A stretch of DNA of 64,000 nt, taken from NCBI GenBank assembly GCA_037134575.1, contig JBAXLW010000002.1, forward strand, positions 5,181 to 69,180, written 5' to 3'. Source of the stretch: Verrucomicrobiota bacterium. Its GTDB lineage: Bacteria > Verrucomicrobiota > Verrucomicrobiia > Verrucomicrobiales > Akkermansiaceae. Numbering within the stretch: the stretch's first letter is position 1; the number at the start of each line of letters is the position of its first letter. The notes beneath the pieces were generated by a model. It was given only the letters and a program-made list of their open reading frames with translations, was not told the DNA's origin and did not search any database. Positions 56,284 to 64,000 of the stretch are shown one piece after another. Position numbers and translations under genes: made by a program.

Positions 56284-57975
56284 ATGGCCAAGCTCACCGC
56301 ACTGCTGACACTCAACACGGCTGGATTCCAGTCCGCGTTGAAGGGAGCGAAGGCATCAACCGGCGCGTTGAAAAACTCGATGTCCACCATGTCGTCGGGC
56401 GCTTCCAAGGGTATCACATCGATGGGCAGCGCCATGAAATTCGTGGCAAAGGGAACTGCGGTTGTAGCCGCCGCTGTGGCCGCCGCAGGCGCTGCAATTG
56501 GCGCGTTGACCTACAAGCTGATCTTGTCGGGTGAGGCAGCGAACTCTGCCGACGCCCGCGTCCGCAACATCGCAAAGTCGATGGGCCTGTTCGGCGACCA
56601 ATCCGACGCGGTGGCCGAGCGACTCAACAACCTCGCGGACAAGATCGAGTTGCAAACCGGAGTGGATGGCAATGCGATTCAAATGACCCAGGCGAAGCTG
56701 CTCACCTTCAAGGAACTCGCCAACACCGCCGACGAGCTTGGCGGCAATTTTGATCGGGCCACCCAAGCGGCCGTGGACATGGCAGCAGCTGGTTTCGGTG
56801 CTGCCGAACAGAACGCCGTCCAGCTCGGCAAGGCACTCAACGATCCGGTCAATGGGCTCGCGGCGTTGCGGCGCTCGGGGATCACCTTCACCGAAGATGA
56901 GAAGGCAAAGATCAAGACTCTGGCCGAATCCAACCGGATGCACGAGGCACAGGCGTTGGTTCTCGCCGCCATTGAAAAGCAGGTCGGCGGCACAGCAGCG
57001 GCAACTGCGGACGCGTCAGTTCAGATCAAGGCCGCGCTGAATCAGGGCTTCGAGGAAGTGGGCAAACCGCTTGCCTCCGCCCTCGCATCCATCACTCCGC
57101 AGTTCCTTGAATTTGTGGAAATGGCCAAGCCTAAGCTGGCGGAAGCCGGACAGTTTCTCGTGGCGATCTTCCGCAGCGGCGAGGCACTCAACCTCGTCTG
57201 GTCATCGCTCAAGCTGGCGTTCGCACAGAGCGTGAATTTCCTGTGGGCCACCCTGCGAGCGACCATCGCCGCCGCCGGCCAATACATCGTCGAGTATTTC
57301 AAAACGGCGGTCACCTTCTTCCAAGTCCTAACCACGCCCGAGTTCTGGAGCGGAATGGGCAATGCCATCATCGGGATTTTTCTATCAGCCATCAGCTTCT
57401 TGCAGAAGGGTTTCGCGGAGATCATCGAGGTCGCCCGTCCGCTGCTTGAAATCTTCGGCAAGGATGCCGCGCTTGATGGCATCCAGAAAACGATCCGAGA
57501 AAGCGCGGCGATCCTCGACGAAGATGCGGCGGCGCGATTCTCGAAGGCGGGTGATCTGTTGGAGCCTGCCGCCCAGAAGATCGCCCAACGCCTGGCCGAG
57601 GCCGGGGAGAACGTGAAGACCCGATTCAGCGAGACATTCGCCAACACGGCGGTAGCTATCGACACGTCCGGCATGAAGCGCGAGTTCGGCGAAACCGTGC
57701 AGCGCATCAAAGCGGCCATTCCACCAGCCAAGGCGGGCAAGCAAATCGGAATGGCGGCAGCGGAAGAAAAGCCGACGGCTCCGGTAGTCATCGCGGGCGG
57801 ATCAGGTCAGCTCGGTTCCTTTGCGCAATCCATGAACATGCTTTTCGGCCGCAGCGCGAATGCCGGGCTCCTTGAGGAAAACAAGCGGCAGACCGACCTA
57901 CTCAAGAAGATTCAAGACAATACCAAAGGCAAAGGCACCACCACCACGACACCGGGGGAGGCGGTTTTCGCGTAA
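56284..57975 (+). CDS. Tape measure protein
   Basis: Ala-rich helical protein with AVQLGKALNDPVNGLAALRRSGITFT motif; follows G/GT. Confidence 0.88.
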   Translation: MAKLTALLTLNTAGFQSALKGAKASTGALKNSMSTMSSGASKGITSMGSAMKFVAKGTAVVAAAVAAAGAAIGALTYKLILSGEAANSADARVRNIAKSMGLFGDQSDAVAERLNNLADKIELQTGVDGNAIQMTQAKLLTFKELANTADELGGNFDRATQAAVDMAAAGFGAAEQNAVQLGKALNDPVNGLAALRRSGITFTEDEKAKIKTLAESNRMHEAQALVLAAIEKQVGGTAAATADASVQIKAALNQGFEEVGKPLASALASITPQFLEFVEMAKPKLAEAGQFLVAIFRSGEALNLVWSSLKLAFAQSVNFLWATLRATIAAAGQYIVEYFKTAVTFFQVLTTPEFWSGMGNAIIGIFLSAISFLQKGFAEIIEVARPLLEIFGKDAALDGIQKTIRESAAILDEDAAARFSKAGDLLEPAAQKIAQRLAEAGENVKTRFSETFANTAVAIDTSGMKREFGETVQRIKAAIPPAKAGKQIGMAAAEEKPTAPVVIAGGSGQLGSFAQSMNMLFGRSANAGLLEENKRQTDLLKKIQDNTKGKGTTTTTPGEAVFA

Positions 57976-57978
57976 GCC

Positions 57979-58710
57979 ATGGCTGAGAACACTATTCTCG
58001 AAGGCGCGAGCGGCGGCAGGGACGAAAACATGATTTCGTCATTCGGCGTTTCGTATCACGCCAAAAGCATCGCGGAGGTCACGACGGTCGGACATGCGCG
58101 GTTTCACGGGCTGGTCGAACAGGGCCGGACCTGGCAGGCGCTCAACGACGGCACCGACGGATGGATCGTCACCGTCACCTACAAGGGATACGCCGGTGAC
58201 GAGGAGCCCGAACCTGCGGAAACCGAACAGTGGAACCTCGGCTTTGATTTTTCCGAGGAGCCGCTTGAGTCGCATCCGAACCTCAAGGACATCAAGGCGG
58301 CCTACGGCGGCTATTACGAGGAACCGGGTGGCCCGCTCAAGTTCCCAGAATTCATGCCCAAGGAGGCCAAGGGCAAGGGCGGACTCGGCGGCAAGGGCAA
58401 AGCCAAACCCGGCGAGAAAAACCCGATGTTCGGCACCTCGACCTATGCAGTGATGACCGCGCGCGTCACCCGTATCTGGTCGGCGAAGAAGATCCCGAAG
58501 AACGCGATCAACGACATCGGCAAGGTCTATTCCAGCATCCCGGACGCGCCAGACGCGATTGCCGAGGTTGATTTCGGCAGCCGCACCTGGATGGCGATGC
58601 CGCCGAAGATTTCACAGAACGGCGATGTGTGGCGCATCGAAAACGAATGGCTGCTTTCACCGCCGAGCGGTTGGGTTGAGGAGATCTATGAGAAGGCCAG
58701 CAAGCAATGA
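57979..58710 (+). CDS. Putative distal tail protein
   Basis: Position after the tape measure gene. Confidence 0.6.
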   Translation: MAENTILEGASGGRDENMISSFGVSYHAKSIAEVTTVGHARFHGLVEQGRTWQALNDGTDGWIVTVTYKGYAGDEEPEPAETEQWNLGFDFSEEPLESHPNLKDIKAAYGGYYEEPGGPLKFPEFMPKEAKGKGGLGGKGKAKPGEKNPMFGTSTYAVMTARVTRIWSAKKIPKNAINDIGKVYSSIPDAPDAIAEVDFGSRTWMAMPPKISQNGDVWRIENEWLLSPPSGWVEEIYEKASKQ

Positions 58711-59387
58711 CGACGCGGGAACTCAAAGTGCGGAAAGGCGAGAAAGTGCGCGATGCTTGGGAACGACTCGTGCGCTGGGTGGATTCGCTTAAAATCGTTC
58801 CGGATGACGGCATTGATGTGCGTGTCACGCCCCACGGGACCATCGTGCGAGTTCGCGATCAACAGATGTTCCGGCATCCGTTCCGTGTGATGGTGAGCGG
58901 ATCGTCGGTGCGCGTTTCACCGGGAACCGTGAATGACCTGATTCCTGTCATCACCGAGAGCGGGCAGAAACGCCGAATCGACAACCGCGACAAGGATGGC
59001 AACCGCGAAACCGGCAAGGACTATCCGGCGCTCAAGCTGGATCCAAAGAAGGCATCCAAGGACGGGCAGATCTACATTTCGCTGCGCATCAAACAATCCG
59101 TGAGCGGCGGGATTTCTGGCGTGGAGGAAAACAAGGCCGGTGAACAGTTAAGCGAGAACGTCGAAATCGTGCAGACAGACTCTGCCAAGGGACCGCTCGA
59201 TGGCTTCGGCTACTACCCGCTCGCGTTCCTGCGGGCATCGGCAGATGGCGGCTCCATCGAGGAGGTGTTCCAGATCGTCCATCACAACATCCGCTACGAG
59301 TTTCAAGAGCGCCGACCGAGCGAAGCCGACCTCAAGAAAGACCCGGACGCGAAATCCACAGGTCGCCACCTGTTCATCCCGACATGA
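58707..59387 (+). CDS. Putative tail protein
   Basis: Coupled ORF in the tail module. Confidence 0.6.
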   Translation: MTTRELKVRKGEKVRDAWERLVRWVDSLKIVPDDGIDVRVTPHGTIVRVRDQQMFRHPFRVMVSGSSVRVSPGTVNDLIPVITESGQKRRIDNRDKDGNRETGKDYPALKLDPKKASKDGQIYISLRIKQSVSGGISGVEENKAGEQLSENVEIVQTDSAKGPLDGFGYYPLAFLRASADGGSIEEVFQIVHHNIRYEFQERRPSEADLKKDPDAKSTGRHLFIPT

Positions 59388-60436
59388 AGCGCAAGGTTCC
59401 CATCATCAATCACCAGACATGGAACGCCATGATAGACGAGGTGTCGCGGCGGCTACCGCTTCGGTTCGTCAGAACGTCACGCCGCTGGGTGCATCCGTGG
59501 ACCATCGTGCCGGAATGGAGCGATGCCGCCGGACAGTGGGTATTCCGCATCCGGCCCGGCTTCGTCAACGGGCTGGAGCCGGAAATCTCCACCATGGCCA
59601 TGCTCGCCACCGAGCGCACGCTCGACCGGATCGAGGAGGAAACCGGCACTCGCCCCGAGAAGGATCAATCGGCGGACGCGCTCATCACCGAGTCACCACA
59701 AATCCCCGTCTCTGGAACCCGAATCATCGGTAAGGGAGCGAATCCGGATTCAGTGTCAATTTCGACGTCGGGTAACATCGCCGTGGAGTTCGAGTCAGTG
59801 CCCGAGTTCTTCATCCAGTTCGGTGTGACGGATGAAAAGGTGGTGTTTCAAGGCAACCTCAATTCCGGCATCCAAGAGGTGCAATACGAATCGGCCGACG
59901 ATCCGCCACTACTACGCGCCTGTGACGTGGTGCTATACGTGGATCGTGCGGCGGCTAAGCTGGATGTCATCCAGGGAAACCCCTTCCTCGATAGCTTCAG
60001 TGCGCTTCTCGTCATCAACTACGGCAGATCCACACCAGCGCGAAAACGCCCTTGGCTGGACGTGACCGCCAAATACAAACCCATCGTAGAGGCGGACATG
60101 GGCAACCTGCTGGAAGGAACCGCCGACCCCGAGTTCGACGCGATCAAGGTCGCCACCATCTATTTCCTGTCGCCGCCGAAGTTCTCGCCCGAACTGCCGA
60201 TGGACGACACCTGGACCACCTTCGTCAAACACGACCAGTTCTGGAACCTTTGCCACGCGCCACAGAAAATACCAGACCCCACACCCATCGAGCCCATCAC
60301 ACTCCAAACCGGCCTCGTGGGTGGCATCGCTGATTCAATTTTCAGCAGCCTTCTCGCCCCCGAAAACGACGCCTACAACACCGCGCTCCAAGTGCTCCGC
60401 AACCGCAACCTAGCAGGGAGGTTCTGGTCGCTATGA
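59384..60436 (+). CDS. Putative tail protein
   Basis: Coupled ORF in the tail module. Confidence 0.6.
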   Translation: MKRKVPIINHQTWNAMIDEVSRRLPLRFVRTSRRWVHPWTIVPEWSDAAGQWVFRIRPGFVNGLEPEISTMAMLATERTLDRIEEETGTRPEKDQSADALITESPQIPVSGTRIIGKGANPDSVSISTSGNIAVEFESVPEFFIQFGVTDEKVVFQGNLNSGIQEVQYESADDPPLLRACDVVLYVDRAAAKLDVIQGNPFLDSFSALLVINYGRSTPARKRPWLDVTAKYKPIVEADMGNLLEGTADPEFDAIKVATIYFLSPPKFSPELPMDDTWTTFVKHDQFWNLCHAPQKIPDPTPIEPITLQTGLVGGIADSIFSSLLAPENDAYNTALQVLRNRNLAGRFWSL

Positions 60437-60594
60437 ATGATGAACCCAAAGACGGCTTCGGCCTCGACAAGGCACAGCGGCTGCTCGCCAAGCGTCTGGG
60501 CAAGGAAGAGGAGGAGGCTGAGCAAGCCGCCGGGTTGGAGCCGCCGTTTCCTTACGTCATGGCGAGGTTTGACGCGGAGTTTTTCGAGCTGTGA
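60433..60594 (+). CDS. Small hypothetical protein (53 aa)
   Basis: Hand-translated MNDEPKDGFGLDKAQRLLAKRLGKEEEE...FFEL*; ATGA overlap with the upstream gene; below the ORF-track cutoff. Confidence 0.55.
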   Translation: MNDEPKDGFGLDKAQRLLAKRLGKEEEEAEQAAGLEPPFPYVMARFDAEFFEL

Positions 60595-60686
60595 GTTGAC
60601 GCGGCGGGCGGGTGCTTTCCCATGCTTTTTGCCCACGAACGTAGGCGCGATTGTAAAATCGCGTTCGATGGGCCATGAGGTGGTAA

Positions 60687-61394
60687 CTATGGGGCGATCT
60701 CGCGGCCGGCGACGATGAAGTCGATGGGATGGATCATTCCTGTTGCCTCGGCGACAAGCGCATTTTCCGGCCGGACATCAGTGGCAAGAAAGGAGTCTTT
60801 TTTCCAGGTGAGCAGTTCGAGGGTTTCTCCGCTACATGGTTCCCGATGGGGAATCCAGCCGAGGGATTGCATGTAGTCACTGAGTTCGGCAACGGTGGGA
60901 TGGCGACCGACGATGAAGGGCTGACGGAAGGCAAGAAACGCGTCATTTTCTCCGATGCAGTCGATGGAGATTCCTGAAGGAAAAAGAGCCTCAAAAAGAG
61001 AAAGTCGGTCGAGAATCTCATCGAGGTCACCGGGGGCGAGAGTCAGAATCCCGCTCGGAGCGCGTCGGATCACCCAGCCGAAATGGCATCGTGCGGGCGG
61101 GCCACAAAGTTTAATGACCTGTTGGTTCGCAGGGTCACCAAACACCGCCGCCTCGCCACCAGCTCCGATCAATGTGAGAGCGCCCGATTCGTAGATTTCT
61201 AAAAACGGCGAGAGCCTGTGCGCCAGATTGCGTCCGAACTCCGGACTTTCCCGGAAGATCGCGTCTAGCTCGCCTTCGACTTGGCGGGTATCAAGACGGG
61301 AGCGGAAATCCGCAAGTCTAACGGAAGGGGTTCGATTTCGTAAGTGCGATCCCGGTTTTCCAGAATCCGGGCTTCCTGGCGGTTGCGGCGACAT
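60687..61394 (-). CDS. Protein-kinase-like protein (polyvalent-protein kinase type)
   Basis: IGAGGEAAVF (G-loop), VIKL, FRQPFI, ATDVRPENAL (catalytic loop), IHPIDF. Start uncertain. Confidence 0.7.
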   Translation of the reverse strand: MSPQPPGSPDSGKPGSHLRNRTPSVRLADFRSRLDTRQVEGELDAIFRESPEFGRNLAHRLSPFLEIYESGALTLIGAGGEAAVFGDPANQQVIKLCGPPARCHFGWVIRRAPSGILTLAPGDLDEILDRLSLFEALFPSGISIDCIGENDAFLAFRQPFIVGRHPTVAELSDYMQSLGWIPHREPCSGETLELLTWKKDSFLATDVRPENALVAEATGMIHPIDFIVAGREIAP

Positions 61395-61537
61395 TGTTCT
61401 AGCATTTCTTCCGCAGTGACCTTGCGGTTGTTTTTCGGAATCATGCTAAAACCATAAAGCGCATTCGCGGGGATGTCGAGCGGTTTCAACCAAGCTGCTA
61501 CGCCATCTGGGACTGAGAGGATTTCGCGCTTTTTCAT
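61265..61537 (-). CDS. Small hypothetical protein upstream of the kinase
   Basis: MKKREILSVPDG... is the C-terminal part of track ORF 61265..62002; overlaps the kinase 5' end. Confidence 0.4.
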   Translation of the reverse strand: MKKREILSVPDGVAAWLKPLDIPANALYGFSMIPKNNRKVTAEEMLEQCRRNRQEARILENRDRTYEIEPLPLDLRISAPVLIPAKSKAS

Positions 61538-61612
61538 TGGAGATCCATGCACTCGCCAAGTTTGGTTCAGCAAATGGTAAGTTGACGCGGCGGACACGGG
61601 CAGAACATCCCC

Positions 61613-63964
61613 ATGCAGGCCACCGTTTACGCTAATCTCACCACTCGCAGGCTGACCACGACGCTTGGCGGCAGCGCGATTTCGTTCCCTGCGTTCGTCC
61701 AGGGCGACAAGGTGCGCATCGGACTGCGCTTCGCGGAATCGATCGAAGGTTCGCCCATCGAGGTGCAGAGGATTGTGACGCACATCCGCGCCTCCATTGG
61801 ATTTGTCGATGCCCGCCCGACGACTGGCTTTTTTGTGCTGCGAGTGGACGGTCAAAACACCGCACCGATTCCCCACGATGCCACGGCGGGCGCTGTGCAA
61901 GCAGCTCTTGCCGCCATCGGATTGGATGACGCAGTGGTGAGCAAGCAGGATGGCTCTTGGATCATTTCCACTGGCGCGCAGGAAATCTCGCTGTCCGGAC
62001 ACTCTGCCGTTGGTCTGTTATCCGAATTGCGACCCGTCTCTTTCGTGCGGGTGCGATCAACGGAGATAGCGGGGCAGTACCGCCACGAGGTCCGGCTCGT
62101 GCAGGCACCACTGGCATCGACCGCGAGCTTTGAATTGATCGTGCCGCCAGCCCCAACCGTAAGCGAGGTGCAAGCAGGCGGATCATCGGCCACCACAATC
62201 TGGCCAGAAATCCAGGCGCTCAAGATTCAGCCAACGTTCAAAGGAACCTACCAGTTGCGCCGTGGATACAAGAAAACCCGCGAACTATCGGCGGACGATG
62301 GACCGGATGAAATTCAGGACGCACTTTCCTCGCTGGCAGACGATGAAGGATCGTTCTCTGTCACCAACCCAGCGACCAACATCGCCCACATCACCTTCAA
62401 CGGCTCGATGGCCGGCATTGACCAGGAGCTGATCGAAGTCGCCGTGTTTTCCGCGCCGCCCGGTGATCCGACCATCATCCTCGATCTGAACACGGCAGAA
62501 ATTGCCGCAGCACTTCGCGGCGCAGCAGAGTTAAAGCCAGAGTTGGAAATCGAAGTCACTTTCCGCGACGAAAACGATCCGACGAAGTCTTACACGCTCA
62601 CCCCGTTCCGCGCACCGATCTTGTTGATCCGCGAACTCAACTGGGAGGGACTGGAAACCGCCGCCAACATCGACTGGTTGCGCCCGCCCTACGGCAGAAC
62701 CTATGTGCCGTTCACGCCCGACCAGATCATCACCGGGTCGCAGCACTACGTTGCGCCCATCGGTGACGGTGAAAACTCGGACTTCACGATCAGCCACAAC
62801 CTCGGCACCCGCGACTTGCACGTGACGGTGCGGGAAAATGGCGGCCAGTTTGCCGTCGTGGAACCGCTGGCCGTGACCTTCGACGGCGAGGACGATCTGA
62901 GCATTGCCTTCGAGGATTCCCCAGCGCTGAACGGCTATGTCATCACCATTTCCACGGCAGGTCCGGTTTCTGTCTTCCAAACACACGGCCACACGATCCC
63001 GCAAATCGAAGGGCTGCAACTGATCCTCGATGACTTGGGCGAACGCGTTGAAGTGCTTGAAACCTTCATCCCAACATCGAATCCATCCGTAAGTGCATCC
63101 ACGCAAACCGTGATCGCCGCGTGGGAACTGCCGGAACTCTTCGAAGTCTTTCCGACGCGCCAGAAGATAGAAGCGGAGGACGTGCCCTCGATCAAAACCG
63201 CCGACCTCCCTCGTGTTGGTGGACTCTTGCCAGCCGTGTATGTCGATCCGCTGGTCTTTACCACAGTGACCCAACTTCCAACCTCACCGGCAAGCGGCGT
63301 GATCTATCGTTACACCAACACCACCGCGCCACTGGTGATTCCCGGCTATCTCGGCCGCCGCTCGACCAAGCTCAGCGCACCGGGATTCTTCGCATGGGAC
63401 GGGCGCGGGTTCTACCAGGTGGAGCAAGTCATCGCGGGCGAAAAGGTGTTCTATCCATCCGACTTTTCCCGCGAGCTGTTCCGCATCCACGTCAACGGCA
63501 AGCAACTGCGGCTCGGCAAGCGGCTCTCGCTCGACTTCTCATTCGTCGCCGCCGTCTTCAACTCGAACACCCTGGTGCATTGGGGCGTAGCCATCGACAT
63601 CGGCCTGCCGTCTGGCAACCCAGCAAACCCCAGCAACATCGCGGATGTCACGTTCCTGCCGCCTTCTCTCGATCACAGCTTCATGCTCACGAGCATCCCG
63701 TCCTCCCACGGCTTTGGGCTGCGCGTGGTCCGCAAGATCGTCGATGCGGTCGATACCTGCGTCGTTGACCGCGTGATCTACGGAGCCACGGAAGCCACCA
63801 CCACCGCGCTGACCACCGCCAACTTCATCGTCCGGGGGCGGCTCATCCGCTTCGACACCGGCGACAACCAGACCGATCCGCGCGGACTCGTCGCGTTCAA
63901 CGGCCTCAAGGCAACCCTCACCGGCGAAGAACCAGAAAGTCTCGGCAAAGCAACCATCCAATAA
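61613..63964 (+). CDS. Large tail/baseplate or receptor-binding protein
   Basis: 783 aa, beta-rich, ISHNLGTRD motif typical of tail fibre modules. Confidence 0.7.
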   Translation: MQATVYANLTTRRLTTTLGGSAISFPAFVQGDKVRIGLRFAESIEGSPIEVQRIVTHIRASIGFVDARPTTGFFVLRVDGQNTAPIPHDATAGAVQAALAAIGLDDAVVSKQDGSWIISTGAQEISLSGHSAVGLLSELRPVSFVRVRSTEIAGQYRHEVRLVQAPLASTASFELIVPPAPTVSEVQAGGSSATTIWPEIQALKIQPTFKGTYQLRRGYKKTRELSADDGPDEIQDALSSLADDEGSFSVTNPATNIAHITFNGSMAGIDQELIEVAVFSAPPGDPTIILDLNTAEIAAALRGAAELKPELEIEVTFRDENDPTKSYTLTPFRAPILLIRELNWEGLETAANIDWLRPPYGRTYVPFTPDQIITGSQHYVAPIGDGENSDFTISHNLGTRDLHVTVRENGGQFAVVEPLAVTFDGEDDLSIAFEDSPALNGYVITISTAGPVSVFQTHGHTIPQIEGLQLILDDLGERVEVLETFIPTSNPSVSASTQTVIAAWELPELFEVFPTRQKIEAEDVPSIKTADLPRVGGLLPAVYVDPLVFTTVTQLPTSPASGVIYRYTNTTAPLVIPGYLGRRSTKLSAPGFFAWDGRGFYQVEQVIAGEKVFYPSDFSRELFRIHVNGKQLRLGKRLSLDFSFVAAVFNSNTLVHWGVAIDIGLPSGNPANPSNIADVTFLPPSLDHSFMLTSIPSSHGFGLRVVRKIVDAVDTCVVDRVIYGATEATTTALTTANFIVRGRLIRFDTGDNQTDPRGLVAFNGLKATLTGEEPESLGKATIQ

Positions 63965-63973
63965 CACATCACC

Positions 63974-64000
63974 ATGGCCATCCCCGTCATTTCCACCACC
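63974..64000 (+). CDS. 5' end of next virion gene (partial)
   Basis: MAIPVISTT after an A/C-rich leader; truncated by the window. Confidence 0.45.

Larger units (their letters stand above)
23281..64000. mobile_element. Siphovirus-like prophage (boundaries not visible; continues past the right edge)
   Basis: Repressor/anti-repressor, replication, terminase, portal, protease, capsid, tail chaperone, tape measure and tail genes in phage-like order. No integrase or att site found. Confidence 0.9.

Noticed and set aside
61538-62002. 5' part of the 245-aa minus-strand ORF 61265..62002
   Set aside because: It is antisense to the tail gene starting at 61613; only the part from 61537 is plausible.
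1-64000. Integrase, transposase/IS element, att sites, rRNA
   Set aside because: I saw no tyrosine/serine recombinase or DDE motifs, terminal inverted repeats or rRNA-like sequence. The integration module probably lies outside the window.

Overview
The window has two parts. (1) About 1-23.1 kb is a minus-strand, tightly coupled defence island. It holds a type-1-like BREX locus (brxA-like, brxB, brxC, pglX, pglZ, brxL) with four extra genes inserted inside the operon: an OGG-fold glycosylase-like protein, a YhcG/DUF1016 nuclease and a YhaO/YhaN (SbcD/SbcC-like) pair. Downstream are an Mrr-like type IV restriction enzyme and a HEPN-Hsp70 fusion that runs off the left edge. (2) About 23.3 kb to beyond 64 kb is a siphovirus-like prophage. 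It has an XRE/ImmA switch with operator palindromes, a recombination/replication module, an iteron-like repeat, a tRNA-Met-like element, early accessory genes sharing a repeated upstream motif, and lambda-like head and tail genes including a GGGAAAG G/T frameshift site. No integrase or att site is visible. The most notable candidate novel system is a four-gene cassette just before the terminase (ParB, ParB-ParB-methyltransferase, HAD-like protein, CmoA-like carboxy-SAM synthase) that could carboxymethylate phage DNA. A second unexplained signal is a TTGAC(A) hexamer 13-18 nt upstream of 12 prophage start codons. All family calls come from motif recognition by eye, not from database searches.
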